A stretch of 62,693 nucleotides of DNA, filler included, from Globobulimina sp. (taxonomy: Eukaryota): assembly GCA_003354225.1 (NCBI GenBank). It is 24 parts of 24 records of this genome, joined end to end, with 100 filler letters (N's around TTAATTAATTAA, not from the genome) between each part and the next. Parts side by side here need not be neighbours in the genome. Positions count along the whole stretch, not along the records: positions 23,562 to 26,078 come from PIVH01006219.1; positions 26,179 to 28,695 come from PIVH01006220.1; positions 28,796 to 31,312 come from PIVH01006221.1; positions 31,413 to 33,928 come from PIVH01006222.1; positions 34,029 to 36,544 come from PIVH01006223.1; 19 more parts are not named here. One strand, written 5' to 3'. Positions 23,563-36,644 of the stretch are shown in pieces. A program made the position numbers and the translations under genes. Each line of letters starts with the position of its first letter. The stretch's first letter is position 1. The notes below the pieces were generated by a model, which was not told the origin of the DNA, made no database searches, and was given only the letters and a program-made list of their open reading frames with translations.

Positions 23563-26078
23563 AATGATTCAACACAACAAGCAGCAAGAGACAATGAAAG
23601 ACAACGAGCCAGGAGTGGCGGGGGTCGCTTGTACAGTGCAAACAGAGGCGGGCGTGCCCGAGGGCCACCTGGGCCAGGGTATGTATGCCATACATGTCAC
23701 AAGACAGGTCATTGGCGTCCAGATTGTCCAGAAAATCAGAATCGCAGTATGGAACAGTCACGTACCACGCAACAAAGGCCAAGAAGACGTTCGGCTTTCG
23801 AGTCATTTGTTGGTTTAGCCGAAAGAGAAGGAAAAACAGCCAAAACAAAAGAACAAATCAATAAAATTGAATGGGATTTGGTAGAATGTGAATATGCAGA
23901 AGGGAAATGGATTAAAGGTGAAGGACCAACACGATATTTGGATTTGTTACATCAGTTTGCAATGAAAACAGGAAGATCGTATCCTATTGAAAATTGGGAA
24001 AATTTGCCAACATTTGGACCCAATTTGATACCAACCATGGAGCAGCCAGAATTGAAAGCCGAGTATGATGCATGGATGTATTACAATCAGAAACAACAAA
24101 TGGAGGACAAAAGGTATGAAAGAGCTCATATTGCAGAGGTATTAGCAATGACTCAAGCACAAATATGTAATTATAATGCAATGGTGTCTAGACTCGAGAC
24201 AGAGCCTAAAGAAACACCTAAAGTAGTAGAACCGGGTGTGTCTAGCAAAGCTAATGAAAGGAGTCAACCAACAGATAATTTTGGGTTGTGTTATGCCAAA
24301 ATGACCGGCGAAAGCACGAGTGCAATGAGTAGTGTACATACAGTAGGCCTATATGAGAACCAAACGTGTAAAATTATTGAAGGCCAAAATGTATGGGTAC
24401 CTACCCCAGTTGCCCCCAAGGTTAATGTTGCAAATAATAATCGATCTGTATCACCTAAGGTTGAGTATGCTAAAAACGCTTGGGTGACTAATAAGCTTGT
24501 TTCCCCGGTTCCAGAGTTACGTACAGTTCGACCAAATCGGTTGGATGAAGACACCATGAATGCAAAAGTGTTGACTGCGGTGCCTGAAGAGGAAGTTGAC
24601 CCCAATTCCGTTATTGTGTTGCAATCTATGGAGTTGGCGCTTTATTTACTCAGACAACGCGTCCCAGTATGCAAATTAGCAGCACTAGCCGACACGGGCT
24701 CTAGATTTACCATTGCGCAAGAGTCAGTTTGCAAATTTGCCCGCATCCCTAGGTCCGAATTGCGTACTTGTCATCATAATAAAATGGCTGGGTTTGGTGG
24801 ATCTATTAAAATTTTGGGTAAAGTGGTTATGGGTTTTTCTATTGGCGGCAAGAATTTTGAACAGACAGTGCATGTGGTACCAGACGACCTTCGGTTACCA
24901 TTGGTCATTCTGGGTGTCGATTTTATGGAACGTCACCAGGTTAGTTTTGATTTTCGTGAATCGACCATTAATATGTATGGACAAGCACATTCATTGGGAC
25001 GATCACGTGCTAATTGTACATCTGCTAGTTACGCAGCAGCATGGCCAGAGATGCCGGGACTCCAACAAAATGGTGAAGACAGTGAAGGTGAATCCGACCA
25101 TTTATCACCAAGGGATTTGAATAATATTGATCGAATCAAGAATGGAGCCAAGAACAGGCATGAGAAAAAGAAACAGAAACAAAAGGTTGGAAGTACACAA
25201 ACGGAAGGCAATCCAGATGCTGAACAAAATGAAGCACGACGCCAACAATTGAAAGAAACAGTGGCATCACTCACCGCCCTTGCACTGGTATTACCAGGGA
25301 AGTATAGACTTTTCACTCAAGCTTCCCGGGATTATTATCAACAAACATTGTTTACAATGCTAGAAGCAGTCTCGGAAGCAGAAGTACCCATTGCTGGCAA
25401 CCGTGTTATTCATATTGACACATTGTTGAATCGTAACAGAAGACCATTAGCACCGGAAGTGGGATTCTTTCGAGAAGAACCGGAAAGACAACCAATGGTA
25501 AGAGAAGCTGAACGACCAGCCAGAAGACGTATTATGCCAGCAGAGAGACCAACCATCGATGTGACCGTACCACTAGTTGAAGTTCCGCAAGTACCAATTA
25601 CAGCTGATGCAGTAATTAAAAGACGAGTATTAGACGGCATTGGATACGATCAAGACGGGGAGAGACCGTCAGGAGCAATAGCGTGGTCAAATGCAGCTGG
25701 AGAAACAGTGAGTTGTGCAATTGAATGTTTGGTCGCCGAAGTTGCAGAAGACGAGGAACAACGTCGACGTAATGTACAAGTGTCAGTAGGAGTAATTGCT
25801 GAAGAAGAACAGCGACGGAGAGTAAGAGAAGGTCAAATGCGAAGGTATGCGCAACGTCAAGCCAATCGTGCAGCCCAGGAAGCTCAAGTGACAAATAATC
25901 ATCATCACATGGCAAATGCAGTTCCTTATGCAAATTATGTTTGTCACACTTGTCATATTCCGGGTCATTGGCGTGAAGAATGTCCAGAACGGCCAGTGGA
26001 ACAATCAAGTGATTCGGATGATTCAATACCGGAATTACAGGAAGTACCGACATTAACATCAGAGCAATTGCGGGAAAT
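23563..26078 (+). mobile_element. Gag/retropepsin-like polyprotein ORF, open across the whole contig
   Basis: CCHC knuckle YVCHTCHKTGHWRPDCP (about 23686), aspartic protease ALADTGSRFT...VILGVDFM (24691), second knuckle YVCHTCHIPGHWREECP (about 25942). Confidence 0.75.
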
Positions 26079-26210
26079 NNNNNNNNNNNNNNNNNNNNNN
26101 NNNNNNNNNNNNNNNNNNNNNNTTAATTAATTAANNNNNNNNNNNNNNNNNNNNNNNNNNNNNNNNNNNNNNNNNNNNTTGAAATAAGTTTATATTTTTC
26201 TACACAAACA

Positions 26211-26603
26211 ATGCAAATGACCTACTATGGTCCATCAAATTACTGGTATTCAATTGGATTTAATGGTACTTATATGACAAATACTTATGCGATCATCATT
26301 GATGGACAAGGAATAGTTTCAGAGAGACAATTGGGAAACGATGCACAAGGAATACATTTAGCCAGTAAAACAACCACAATATCCAACACTGTGAATGGTA
26401 CAACGCGATGTTTAACATTAACGCGACCAATGGAGATTACTGGTGTTCGCTCAACTGATTATTATTCCTTTGTTGCATCAGAAACACAAAACTTTTCAAT
26501 TATTTTTGCTTACGGGATGTCGTCCACAATTGGATATCATCAAAATCGAAGTGATTCAAATTTTGTTATGAACCTTCCATCGTATAATAAATATATTTCT
26601 TAA
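26211..26603 (+). CDS. DOMON-like domain protein fragment
   Basis: GPSNYWYSIGF..TYMTNTYAII...TLTRPM...IIFAYG...IGYH, with the DOMON Met/His pattern. Confidence 0.6.
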   Translation: MQMTYYGPSNYWYSIGFNGTYMTNTYAIIIDGQGIVSERQLGNDAQGIHLASKTTTISNTVNGTTRCLTLTRPMEITGVRSTDYYSFVASETQNFSIIFAYGMSSTIGYHQNRSDSNFVMNLPSYNKYIS

Positions 26604-27266
26604 TATTAGCGTAAAATCACCCAATAGTTCTTGTACACACAGCAAAACAATATCGTCTATGGCAGATGCACACTGTTGGATGGTAAATATCGTAATTGGT
26701 AAAGAAAAAAACTAAAACAAGCACCAATTTGAATTATTAAATTATTAGATCACTCACATAATTATATGTACATAACTACATAATAATGCAACACTTGCAC
26801 ACCACACAAAAACACAAAATTATTGTTCGATTTACAATCAAATACAAATACAAACACCACACACAATGACACAAATCGATAACCAAAAAAATATACTTAC
26901 GATAGAGGAATAAATTAGATTAAAAACTAAAAAATAAAAACATTATTAACTATATATTTACAGCAATAACTTGTCGCACAAACGCTGCATTAAACTCTTT
27001 ATTTTTTCTCAAATGTGATAAGATTATTCTATATTTGTATTAATATTTATCCATAAAAGGATACACAAACGAAATGCAAAAATATAACAAAATGCACACA
27101 AAACTTCAAATGCTTTGTTCTCTTTCCAATTACAAGCTTATTTTGAACATATGCTGCAACATTCTATCAACAATGTATATCATCAATTTATTATCAAAAT
27201 AAATCAACAAAATTTAACACTTAACATTAATACTATCCGTTTTCTGCTTTGCGTTGCCGTTTTCAG

Positions 27267-28236
27267 TCAGAGCATCTGTATATGTACAAATAAAATAAGA
27301 TGCGGATATATCCAGTTACTAACTCTCAAAAACACATTTAATTTGTATACATTAACTAAACTCATCCACAACTCAACATAATTGCAAATAGCTTTAAGTT
27401 GCTCTAATTCACCGCTACATTTCTTATTATTGTCAGATTTAAAAACGTCTCTCAAATTAAACACTGCAAACTTATTTGTAGCACTTACGTTTTTCTTCGC
27501 AATCAGCTCTGCAAAATTATCTTCAATGTATTTCCATTGTTGCTGCAACTGATTAATTGTTGGAGAATTAAGACACTTAATATGATTACATCGGATCCCA
27601 AATGTGTTTGCATAATTAGATAATGCGATGGCTTCGTCACAACCATCCCCAACCGATATAATGTGATTGCAGCATCTCTTCCTTTTAACTTTGTACTGCA
27701 ATAATATGGCTGCGATGGTGGTATATTTCCACCGCCATTTGTCTTTGACATGGCTGCAGTTTGGAAGTTCATTTCCAAACATATTTTCTGCCATTTTTGT
27801 GCCATACGTACATCGGAGAAAATGATACATTTCATCCATCGCTGAAAACATGGCAACGTTATTTTCTTTGAGATATTTACCTTTTTTGTATGTTTGGATG
27901 TAAATATATAGAAAAATAGTATAATGATCAATGAATACTGATACCTAATATTGGGAATATGGAAGGTGGTCCATTTGGGGTATATTGTAAATGTATATTG
28001 ATCCATTTCATGCCGCCATTTGATAAAAGGACAATGACGAATCGCGTATTTTGTTTTTGCAGTATGGTTCTAATGTTATGCAGTGCTCTAATGATAGCAT
28101 ATTGCAATTTTTTTAATAGTGTTGATGACAATGTTTCAAATATATCAATTCCAAGTTGATGATGAATGACTTTTCGCATTCTTGTTGGTATTAATGTATT
28201 ATCTAAGTCTAAAATGACTAAAGTGAATTCTTCCAT
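27267..28236 (-). CDS. HAD-superfamily protein (resembles the HAD-domain ookinete protein family)
   Basis: Motif I LDLDNTLIPT, LLSNG, WK and IISVGDGCDE. Intron 27881-27944 is in frame. The 3' end may be spliced further. Confidence 0.75.
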
Positions 28237-28357
28237 GTTACTAAAAAAACATGGAAAGTTTTATCGACTGTTTATAACCATGTGCATCATTTGAATTATT
28301 TTACCAGAAATTAAATCGATGTATTAACAGTATTATCCTTGCACTCAAATTAATAGA

Positions 28358-28695
28358 TCAAATGCCTTCATTTACGTTTGATTTATTACCTTCATTTGCT
28401 ATGTTTGATTCCTGCATTTTCTTTTTGATTTTATATGTTTGGTTATATTTTAACAAAAAGTTTGCAACAAATTCAACGGCATCTTTTGGCCTTTCTTCTG
28501 TCACAGATTGCAATGCCAATGTTACAGCTGATATAACGTTTGTTTTTTCCAAGTATATTCTAGATGGCATTGCCTTATACAATTCCGACAATTTATCGTT
28601 TTTATTCTGTAATAAATCACTCTCTGTATAGTATTCATTATCGTCCTTCCCATCATCATCCACATCATTCTCCTTTTCTATATGATCAATTTCCG
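28358..28695 (-). CDS. Dpy-30 motif protein, 5'-partial
   Basis: MPSRIYLEKTNVISAVTLALQSVTEERPKDAVEFVANFLLK. Confidence 0.8.
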
Positions 28696-29257
28696 NNNNN
28701 NNNNNNNNNNNNNNNNNNNNNNNNNNNNNNNNNNNNNNNTTAATTAATTAANNNNNNNNNNNNNNNNNNNNNNNNNNNNNNNNNNNNNNNNNNNNATTTT
28801 CATTATTTCTTTTTTGAATTTTTGTTTAAATGCATCATCCATCGATTTCAAAGCTGATATGTCACCAATTAATTCTATATATGTTTTTGTGTATGATACG
28901 CAAACATTGCTATGGATAAAAAAAACGGCATTCGCATACCATTTGCATCAGTTTCATCCCGCAATAATCTAAAATCATCATATGCCTCAACGCCTAAATT
29001 TATTCGTTTGTTGTGTTGGTTTATTGCGTATACAATTACAAGCAACAGAACAACGTAAAAATACCCAATTCGGTTGTGAGTATATCAGAGTATTCCACAA
29101 ATCCATTGGATTTAAACCAAGCCGTCAAACTTGGATCTGTCACTGCCATGCTACAAGTACAAATAAAACGTTTTTTGTAACTTTACACTAAAATAAAAAA
29201 ATGTAACGAAAGATAACAACAACAAAAAATCAAATTTCATCGGAGCGCACACATTAT

Positions 29258-31101
29258 TTATGTCATGTTTCCTATTTGTAATTGAGATTTAATATATTTG
29301 TGTTTCATATCGATAAATACATCTGCAGTGTCAATTGCGTTCGTTGTATCAATTGTGCCTAACTCCAATACATCAGTCCTCCCTTTTACTCCTTTGCGAG
29401 TTCCTGTTTCTACCTCATTTTCATTTTCATTTTGCTCAACATTTGAAACCATACTAACTCTCATCATTTCTTGTGTTCTCGCATCATACAATGGACGATG
29501 ATTTATCTCATGTTTCCTCCATACTTTACATGCAATAATTACAGTGATCACAAACAAACCTCCAATAATGCCAACCGCTACAAACAATGCTTGTCGATCT
29601 ACATCGGTCGAACTTAACGTTTGTAATTTTTGAGTTGGTCTTAGTGAGAAAGCAGCATTTTTTGTTCCCTTTCCTGGGTTTGGTGCTTGCGTAGGTTCAG
29701 TCGGAGAAATGCTTGGTTGCATTGTTGGACCTACGTATAAAATCAAAACAATATTTTGTACATATTTATATCATTAATAAATAGTAGAGAACGTTTCTCA
29801 TGATTTGTAATACAAAATCATATAGAAACGTTCTCGTTAATTGACCAAAATACGTTATATATGATACCAGATGTAGGCACTGGAGACGTTGTAGGTTGTC
29901 TAGTTACGGGCGATATTGTCGGTGCAATGGTCGTCGGGATAGCAGTTGGATTTGCCGTACTTGGCGCTGCTGTTGGATCCATCACAATTGTGGGCTGAGC
30001 AGTGCTCGGAGCGGCTGTTGGTAAATTTGTTGGCGGCATGCATTCAATCTGCAAATCAGAAACAACTGATGCTTCAAACTGCAAATTTAACGCCACTTTA
30101 ATTTCAACTTTAAACAATGTATTTGCTTGAATTTCCCCTAAAGAGCCATTCAATTGTTTCCAATTCCATTTATCAGCACATTGACTGCTCACTTCAGCCT
30201 CTAATGCATTGTCTAAAAACTGCCCACCAGAGTCTACCTGGGCATGTTTATCCGCGTACTTTTGATCATTTAAATATAATCTCGACCAATCTGCAGCTTC
30301 CTGGCAGGAAAAGCCATAAATATATTCAACATAAACATATGAAGTAGCGGCACAGTAAAAATGTTGAATGAGTGAGAATGTATCAAGGTCTCCGCTGTTG
30401 GGGTTGCCGTAATATGGTCCATGATATGTGTTTAATGTACCTGTGAATGTTGTGTTGATGCTCTTGTTATTATAGTCAGTAACGATCCATCCCGGCGCAG
30501 GATTTATGGCATAGTCATCGTTCCATGTCGTGCTGATGCGGGTGAATATGGTGTCGCATGTTAATGGGCCATTATTGCAGCTATTTCCGGTGCTGGTATC
30601 CACAGTGCATGCGTATAAGTAATTGTTTCCACAATTCATTGTTATTTGATCATCGCATTGAGCGCCATTGCATGATATGGATACGGTGGAGAATACAAAG
30701 CCAAATATAGCATGGATTTGTATGTTTTGAAAGGCTCTCTGGCCGCTTCCTGATAATACGCAATTTCCATTGAATGGGCAGTATATGGACACAGCTTGGA
30801 ATGCTCTGCGAACATTTTGGCTGTTTATGGATAATGAGAGTGAATTGGTTGCGATAATAGATGATACTTGACAGCCATCATCGTCTGCAGCACATTGTAT
30901 GACGCAGTCACCGTTTGTGGGACAGTTGATGGTTGTTCCAATACAATCAGAAACGGTGCATGTTATGGTACACAATTCGTTGGCGGTGCAGTTGATGGAT
31001 TTGTCGGCACAGATTAAAGTTGATCCGTCACAGTTTAGTACCTCACTACATGCAATTCCATATAAGGTTGTAATAAGAATGAGTGTGCGCGTCGTTTGCA
31101 T
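29258..31101 (-). CDS. Type I surface protein: signal peptide, Cys-rich repeats, PT-rich stalk, TM helix
   Basis: Signal-like N-terminus, Cys repeats, PTAAPS repeats. Intron at about 29732-29871 joins the TM-containing ORF 29258-29746. Confidence 0.75.
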
Positions 31102-31567
31102 TGTGGAACTCAGAAAATGTGTATGGTTGAAAGTAGACAGTAAAACAACAAAACTATACGGATTTGCAAATAAATGTGCACAATTTATTTAATTATCTTT
31201 AATATCATTACCATCCTCAACAATTTTTGTACTTTGTGATTTTCGATTTGAAAGCATTTTTTTATTAAATTTTACTAATTTATTTCTTGCATTTTTATAA
31301 CGTTCATCGTTANNNNNNNNNNNNNNNNNNNNNNNNNNNNNNNNNNNNNNNNNNNNTTAATTAATTAANNNNNNNNNNNNNNNNNNNNNNNNNNNNNNNN
31401 NNNNNNNNNNNNAGCTCATCCAATTTGGCTTCAATGCGATCCAATCTTTCTAAGGTAGGTTCAGAATCCACTCTTGGGATTGATTCTGACTGCGATTCCT
31501 TATGAGAGCGGTTCTCCATGTTTTGTGCAAGTTTGTATGAAGATTGTATCATTAAAGGTGATGGAAA

Positions 31568-32548
31568 TTGGTACGTCATGTTTTGTTTCTCAACTCGGTT
31601 CTAATTATAATAATAAACAGTGAATTATTAAGTTTATTATTTCAGACAGCAATCTATCATACAACAAGAGGACATCGTGTAACATTTATTTGTGATTCAC
31701 AAGCAATGCATAATGGATTGCCACTATTAAATCGGCACTTTAATGTATCGGAGAATAGACAAATATTAAAATCAGTAAATATAAAATATTGTAATAATTT
31801 ATTAGATTTAACTCAATTTTTTACTCATATTCATTTATTTAATTCAAATAATTCAAATAATATTCCACATGTTGTTATAGTTCATGATATTATCACTTTA
31901 TTGGAAGTTTCACTGTTTGTTGGTGATGATAATGATGACAATGAGAATGGAATGGAAATGGATTATTTTGTTCCACCAGATTCAACAGATGACGATGCCG
32001 AAGATGATGATAACAAAAGTAATATAAATAATAATTATGATTCAGATTCAAATAATGATGATTTTTTGGATGAAAATGGCAATTTAGATTATGGCATAAA
32101 ACTAGCAAATTTTTTACCAGTTTTACATGCAACACAAAAATGTGTTAAAAATATGTTGCAAAGCAATAATAATAATAATAATGACCAGAAAAATAATGAG
32201 AACAAAAATAATGAACCATTTTTACAAGAAATGATATGTATTTTTGGAATGGAATGCCTTGAGAATGAATTTGAAGAATTATATCCATTTTGGAGAAATT
32301 GGAAGTTCAAAAGATTTTTACGGTGTAATTTCGATAAAAATACAAATATTATTTCAATTAAATATGATGCACACAAAGATACCGAAAACAAACAAGAAAA
32401 TAATGTTGAAATGGAAATGATTGAAAATAAAAAGAAAAAAGCAAAAAAAAACAGGATTAGAAAGCAACCAACCGTTTATTGCTATGTTGCTCCTCGACAC
32501 ATTGATATGATCGCAATGAGCAAAGGTATCCAAAAAAAACAAAGCTAA
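31568..32548 (+). CDS. SWSAP1-like RecA/RAD51-fold protein, 5' end uncertain
   Basis: LLSLLFQTA...VTFIC...LKSVNIKYC..LLDL.QFFTHIH...PHVVIVHDI parallels the SWSAP1 layout. A probable upstream exon CIIKGDGN gives a degenerate Walker A. Confidence 0.5.
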   Translation: MVRHVLFLNSVLIIIINSELLSLLFQTAIYHTTRGHRVTFICDSQAMHNGLPLLNRHFNVSENRQILKSVNIKYCNNLLDLTQFFTHIHLFNSNNSNNIPHVVIVHDIITLLEVSLFVGDDNDDNENGMEMDYFVPPDSTDDDAEDDDNKSNINNNYDSDSNNDDFLDENGNLDYGIKLANFLPVLHATQKCVKNMLQSNNNNNNDQKNNENKNNEPFLQEMICIFGMECLENEFEELYPFWRNWKFKRFLRCNFDKNTNIISIKYDAHKDTENKQENNVEMEMIENKKKKAKKNRIRKQPTVYCYVAPRHIDMIAMSKGIQKKQS

Positions 32549-32584
32549 TACTTTAATGATTTCAGAGTTTTCCTTCTTTTAACC

Positions 32585-33928
32585 ATGTCGTCAACCTATC
32601 AGCCTTCAAGGGGTTGTCCATCGGGCAACTACGTGTGCAGAATCTGTGAGATTCCTGGTCATTACATTGAGGATTGTCCACGAAAAGAGGAAAACAACAA
32701 AAAAGCATTAGATGCAGTTTGTGTTTATCATGATCCTTTTTCTCACATAACACGGTGTAATGAATTCCGAGGCCCTTGTAACAGGGCGCATTTCTCGCAA
32801 GACGAATTCAAACAATTTTGTCTCTTAAAACTAAAACAAGATCCAACAGAGTTAAAAACAATCGCCAAAGAATATTATATCAGCAGGAATCATTCATGTG
32901 CAATGCGTGCATATTACCAATTAATATCTTTATATCCCAACAATGCAGTTTATGCCAGTGGGTACGGACAAGTCTTAGAAGCTACAAATGATTATAAAAA
33001 AGCGGAAACATATCATTTAAAAGCACTTAATTTATCGCCAACTGATGGTAGATTGCATAGAGTTTATGCTGTTTTTTTGCATAAGAGATTACATAACATA
33101 CAAACTGCGAAAAAATATTTTGAAAACGCATTGAAATTAAATGAATTAAGTCCAGCAACACATAATGAATATGGATTATTATTAGAGGAGGAATTAAAAT
33201 ATAAAGAGGCAGAATATCATTATCTCAAAGCATTGGAAATTGTGGGAATATGCGGCAATAGTTATTATAATTTAGGTTTGCTTTATCATTATAAATTAAA
33301 AGATTTGAATAAAGCAAGATATTATTTCGATCGCTTGTTATCATTGCAATATAATCGTAAGCGATGGTGGTGCCATGATACCAAATTATTCAGTCATCAT
33401 TACAAAGAGTATGCATTGTTATTGAAGGATGTGGGCGAAATCGAGCAAAGTTTAACACATTTTGGTGTTGCGTTAGAAAAGATCTTTTATGATGATGATA
33501 AAGCACAAATTTACTATGAAATGGGCCGGATTTATGATTATGAATTGAATGATATAGCGAATGCAAAATGGTATTTTAATGAGGCAAAAAAATTGAATCC
33601 GAAACAGTATGAAATGTTTTATAATGAGTTTATCGAATATCATAAGTTTAATTCGAATCAGTCAGACAAAGTAAGCAAAGAGCAAATAAACAAAGTTAAT
33701 GATTCAGAACAAATCAAGAAAATTAATAAAAATGTAGATGAGTCATGTAAGGAAACTCAAGTTATTAATGATAAAATTGATAATAAGCTTGAAAGACAAA
33801 CAAAATCACAAATTGCTTTTAAAAAATATTTGGAAAGAATAGATTTGTTACGTTATTATGAAAAATTTGCTGAAAAATCATGCAATGATATGAAATATTT
33901 GGAAGTTTTTGATGATAATTTATTGGAG
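32585..33928 (+). CDS. Zinc knuckle + CCCH-like + TPR repeats + SAM-like protein, 3'-partial
   Basis: YVCRICEIPGHYIEDCP; CVYH...C...C.RAH; TPRs (AETYHLKALNLSP, AEYHYLKALEI); FKKYLERIDLLRYYEKF. Confidence 0.8.
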
Positions 33929-34239
33929 NNNNNNNNNNNNNNNNNNNNNNNNNNNNNNNNNNNNNNNNNNNNTTAATTAATTAANNNNNNNNNNNNNNNN
34001 NNNNNNNNNNNNNNNNNNNNNNNNNNNNAATCGAGTTTATTTTGGCAATGATCATTGGATTTTTTTTCATCATGATTTTGACTTTATGTGTATCGCTAAA
34101 ATGCAATCCAATATAGATTATAGAGATGTTTTAGTTACAAAAAATTATAAGAAACCTGCTTGATTTGCAAACCATTGCTTGTTTGAATTGAATTATTCAC
34201 AAAGTGTTTGAATTTATTGATACGGTTAATTTGTTGAGC

Positions 34240-36200
34240 TCAGTCAATGTCATTCGTATTGTCATCATTTTCATTATTATCAGTATCCATAGCTTGTTTT
34301 GTATCAATTTTTAGTTTTTGTTTCAAATATCTTCCATCAAATAATTGCGATATATATGACAAAGTAATCGGCACAGAATTTGTTTTTTGTAAAATTGCAC
34401 TGATTTTCTTTTCATAAATCATATCCATTCCCAATGGTTTTGACCTATTTTTATCTCTATCAACTATCCAATATTTAACTTGAACATTTATATTATGGTC
34501 GTTATCAATACAAAAATGAGCCATCCACTCATTAACATTTGGTGGTAATTTATATTGTCCATCACCAACAGCAACGGCATCAACATCCATTTTCAACTCA
34601 TTATCTTCATCGATATCACTGTCATTATTTGCCAAATGTGCAACTTGCAAATGATTTGAATCACGAATATTAATCTCAAATTTATGACTGATTTTCTCCA
34701 TTTTACTGTCGACGTCATCCGCATTAATTTTCCATTTCTTATAATTGTTTTGCTCAAAACATTGACAGTATATTTGATTAATTATCACCCAATTTTTTAA
34801 TTCATTAATGACCGCAAACAATGTCGATTTATCCATATTATCCGCATTCGAATAATTCAAATCATAGATTGCAAACTGATCGATTTTAACACCGTTGCCA
34901 GTAAAATGTGAGTTTTTAGATTGGAAATATTGATATTCATTCTCAAATATCTCAATTGCTTTTCTTTTTTTATATTCGCCAACCAACATATTGTGATAAC
35001 AATAGGTCTCATCAATAATCCACGACGACGACTCACTTCCTTCTTTCTCGAACTCTTTCATTTTGTTAAAATTAGTAACTTTGTGTCCAATTTCGCCCAA
35101 ACAATCGGCAAATAATTGCTTTGCAGTCTCCACTGGAACAATAATTGAGGGATTTAACACAAACCAATACAGCAAATGTTCCTTATTTATATTTATGTTT
35201 TCATTTTCATTCCCATTCCCATTCCCCTTCATTTTTATTATTGCTTTGATTGTCATTGCTTTGTTTATAATATTATAATTATTTGGATTTTGTGGGTACA
35301 ACCAACAAAAGATAGCTTCCAAACCGTGGGTGGTTTTATTTTGCTTAGGATACAATCCATAATTTGCTGTGCATAAATAACTGTCGGTCCATCCAATAAC
35401 CGCTTATATTGCATAATATTTGGCAATGCCTTCAAACATAATTCAATTTGTTTGTGTATGCTCGCATTGGCATCGCCATCGCCGACCCCATTTGATATAT
35501 ATACTAAATTTGACAGTAAAAGTGTTGGGAAATAATTGTGAAAATCATCAAAATATCGAATTAATAATAATTTGTTGCTTAATGTGTCAAAATCACCATC
35601 GTCAATGAGGGAGATTAAGTCATTAATAATTGTGTTGGTGTCGTGCATATAAAATAATAAATCAACAAAATTGTCATCTTTATGTGCGTCTTTCTCACAT
35701 AATGTGACATCCAAAGCACATTCATTTGGTAAAATGTCGCATGAATCAGTATCGAATCCAATTTCTAGCGTAAATTGACTTAATTCGTGCTTGGAACCAA
35801 GGGTTATTTTGGTGATTGCTTTTTCTTCATCGGTTTCGTCGTCGACTGATAAGTTGAGATTTTCGCCGATATTTCGCAATTCGCGACTTAATGCATAATA
35901 TTTGTTTGGTTTCTTACCAAGACGCCTTATAATTATTTTATATTTGCGAACATGGGATCCAATCATTGTCGATAATTCTTCAATTATTGAACGAAAATTG
36001 TTCTCTGTTTCTTGTTTGCGCTTATTTCTATTCATATTATTACTCGATCGCGAAATGGTTGATGATGGCGATGGAGAGGCTGATTTGCCTCGGAATTGAT
36101 TTAACCATTTCTGTAATTTCCACACACTCGATTTAAATGCAAATACTTCATTGTATACTTTGGCTTGATACGCCATGGACAAATTACTCATCGTTGACAT
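34240..36200 (-). CDS. Putative Mediator subunit MED1-like protein
   Basis: A 44-nt intron at 35259-35302 joins two ORFs in frame. Motifs run in MED1 order: FTLEIGF, GDFDTLSNKLLLI, GPTVIY, FVLNPSIIVP, VINELKNWVIINQIYCQCF, ISAILQKTNSVPITL. Confidence 0.55.
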
Positions 36201-36644
36201 GGTTTGGAACGGAAAAACTAAGCGAAAATTAGTATAAAGTAAAGTTCCCAATAAAATTAATTATAATATATGCAGCTACAGTTCGAAATTATGTAATTAA
36301 TACTATTAAATTATAATCGATTATCTATTTATATTTGAATATCCTATCCTTTAATTCCTTTTATTCTTTTACTAAAATTCAATGAAACAGGGATATTTAT
36401 ACTACGACAGTACTGGCCACCGAATACAGCCAGATATCCATGGTGTGTATGGTACTGCGACAAGCTGTCGTGTAAGCAGTTGGGTAACTAGTGACGCCAC
36501 CATTTTTCAATTATTATTTTACTGCATGACAATTGTAGTGATAANNNNNNNNNNNNNNNNNNNNNNNNNNNNNNNNNNNNNNNNNNNNTTAATTAATTAA
36601 NNNNNNNNNNNNNNNNNNNNNNNNNNNNNNNNNNNNNNNNNNNN

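Noticed and set aside
25616-26059. Short antisense and alternate-frame ORFs overlapping long genes (here and throughout the track)
   Set aside because: They are shadows of well-supported genes in other frames.
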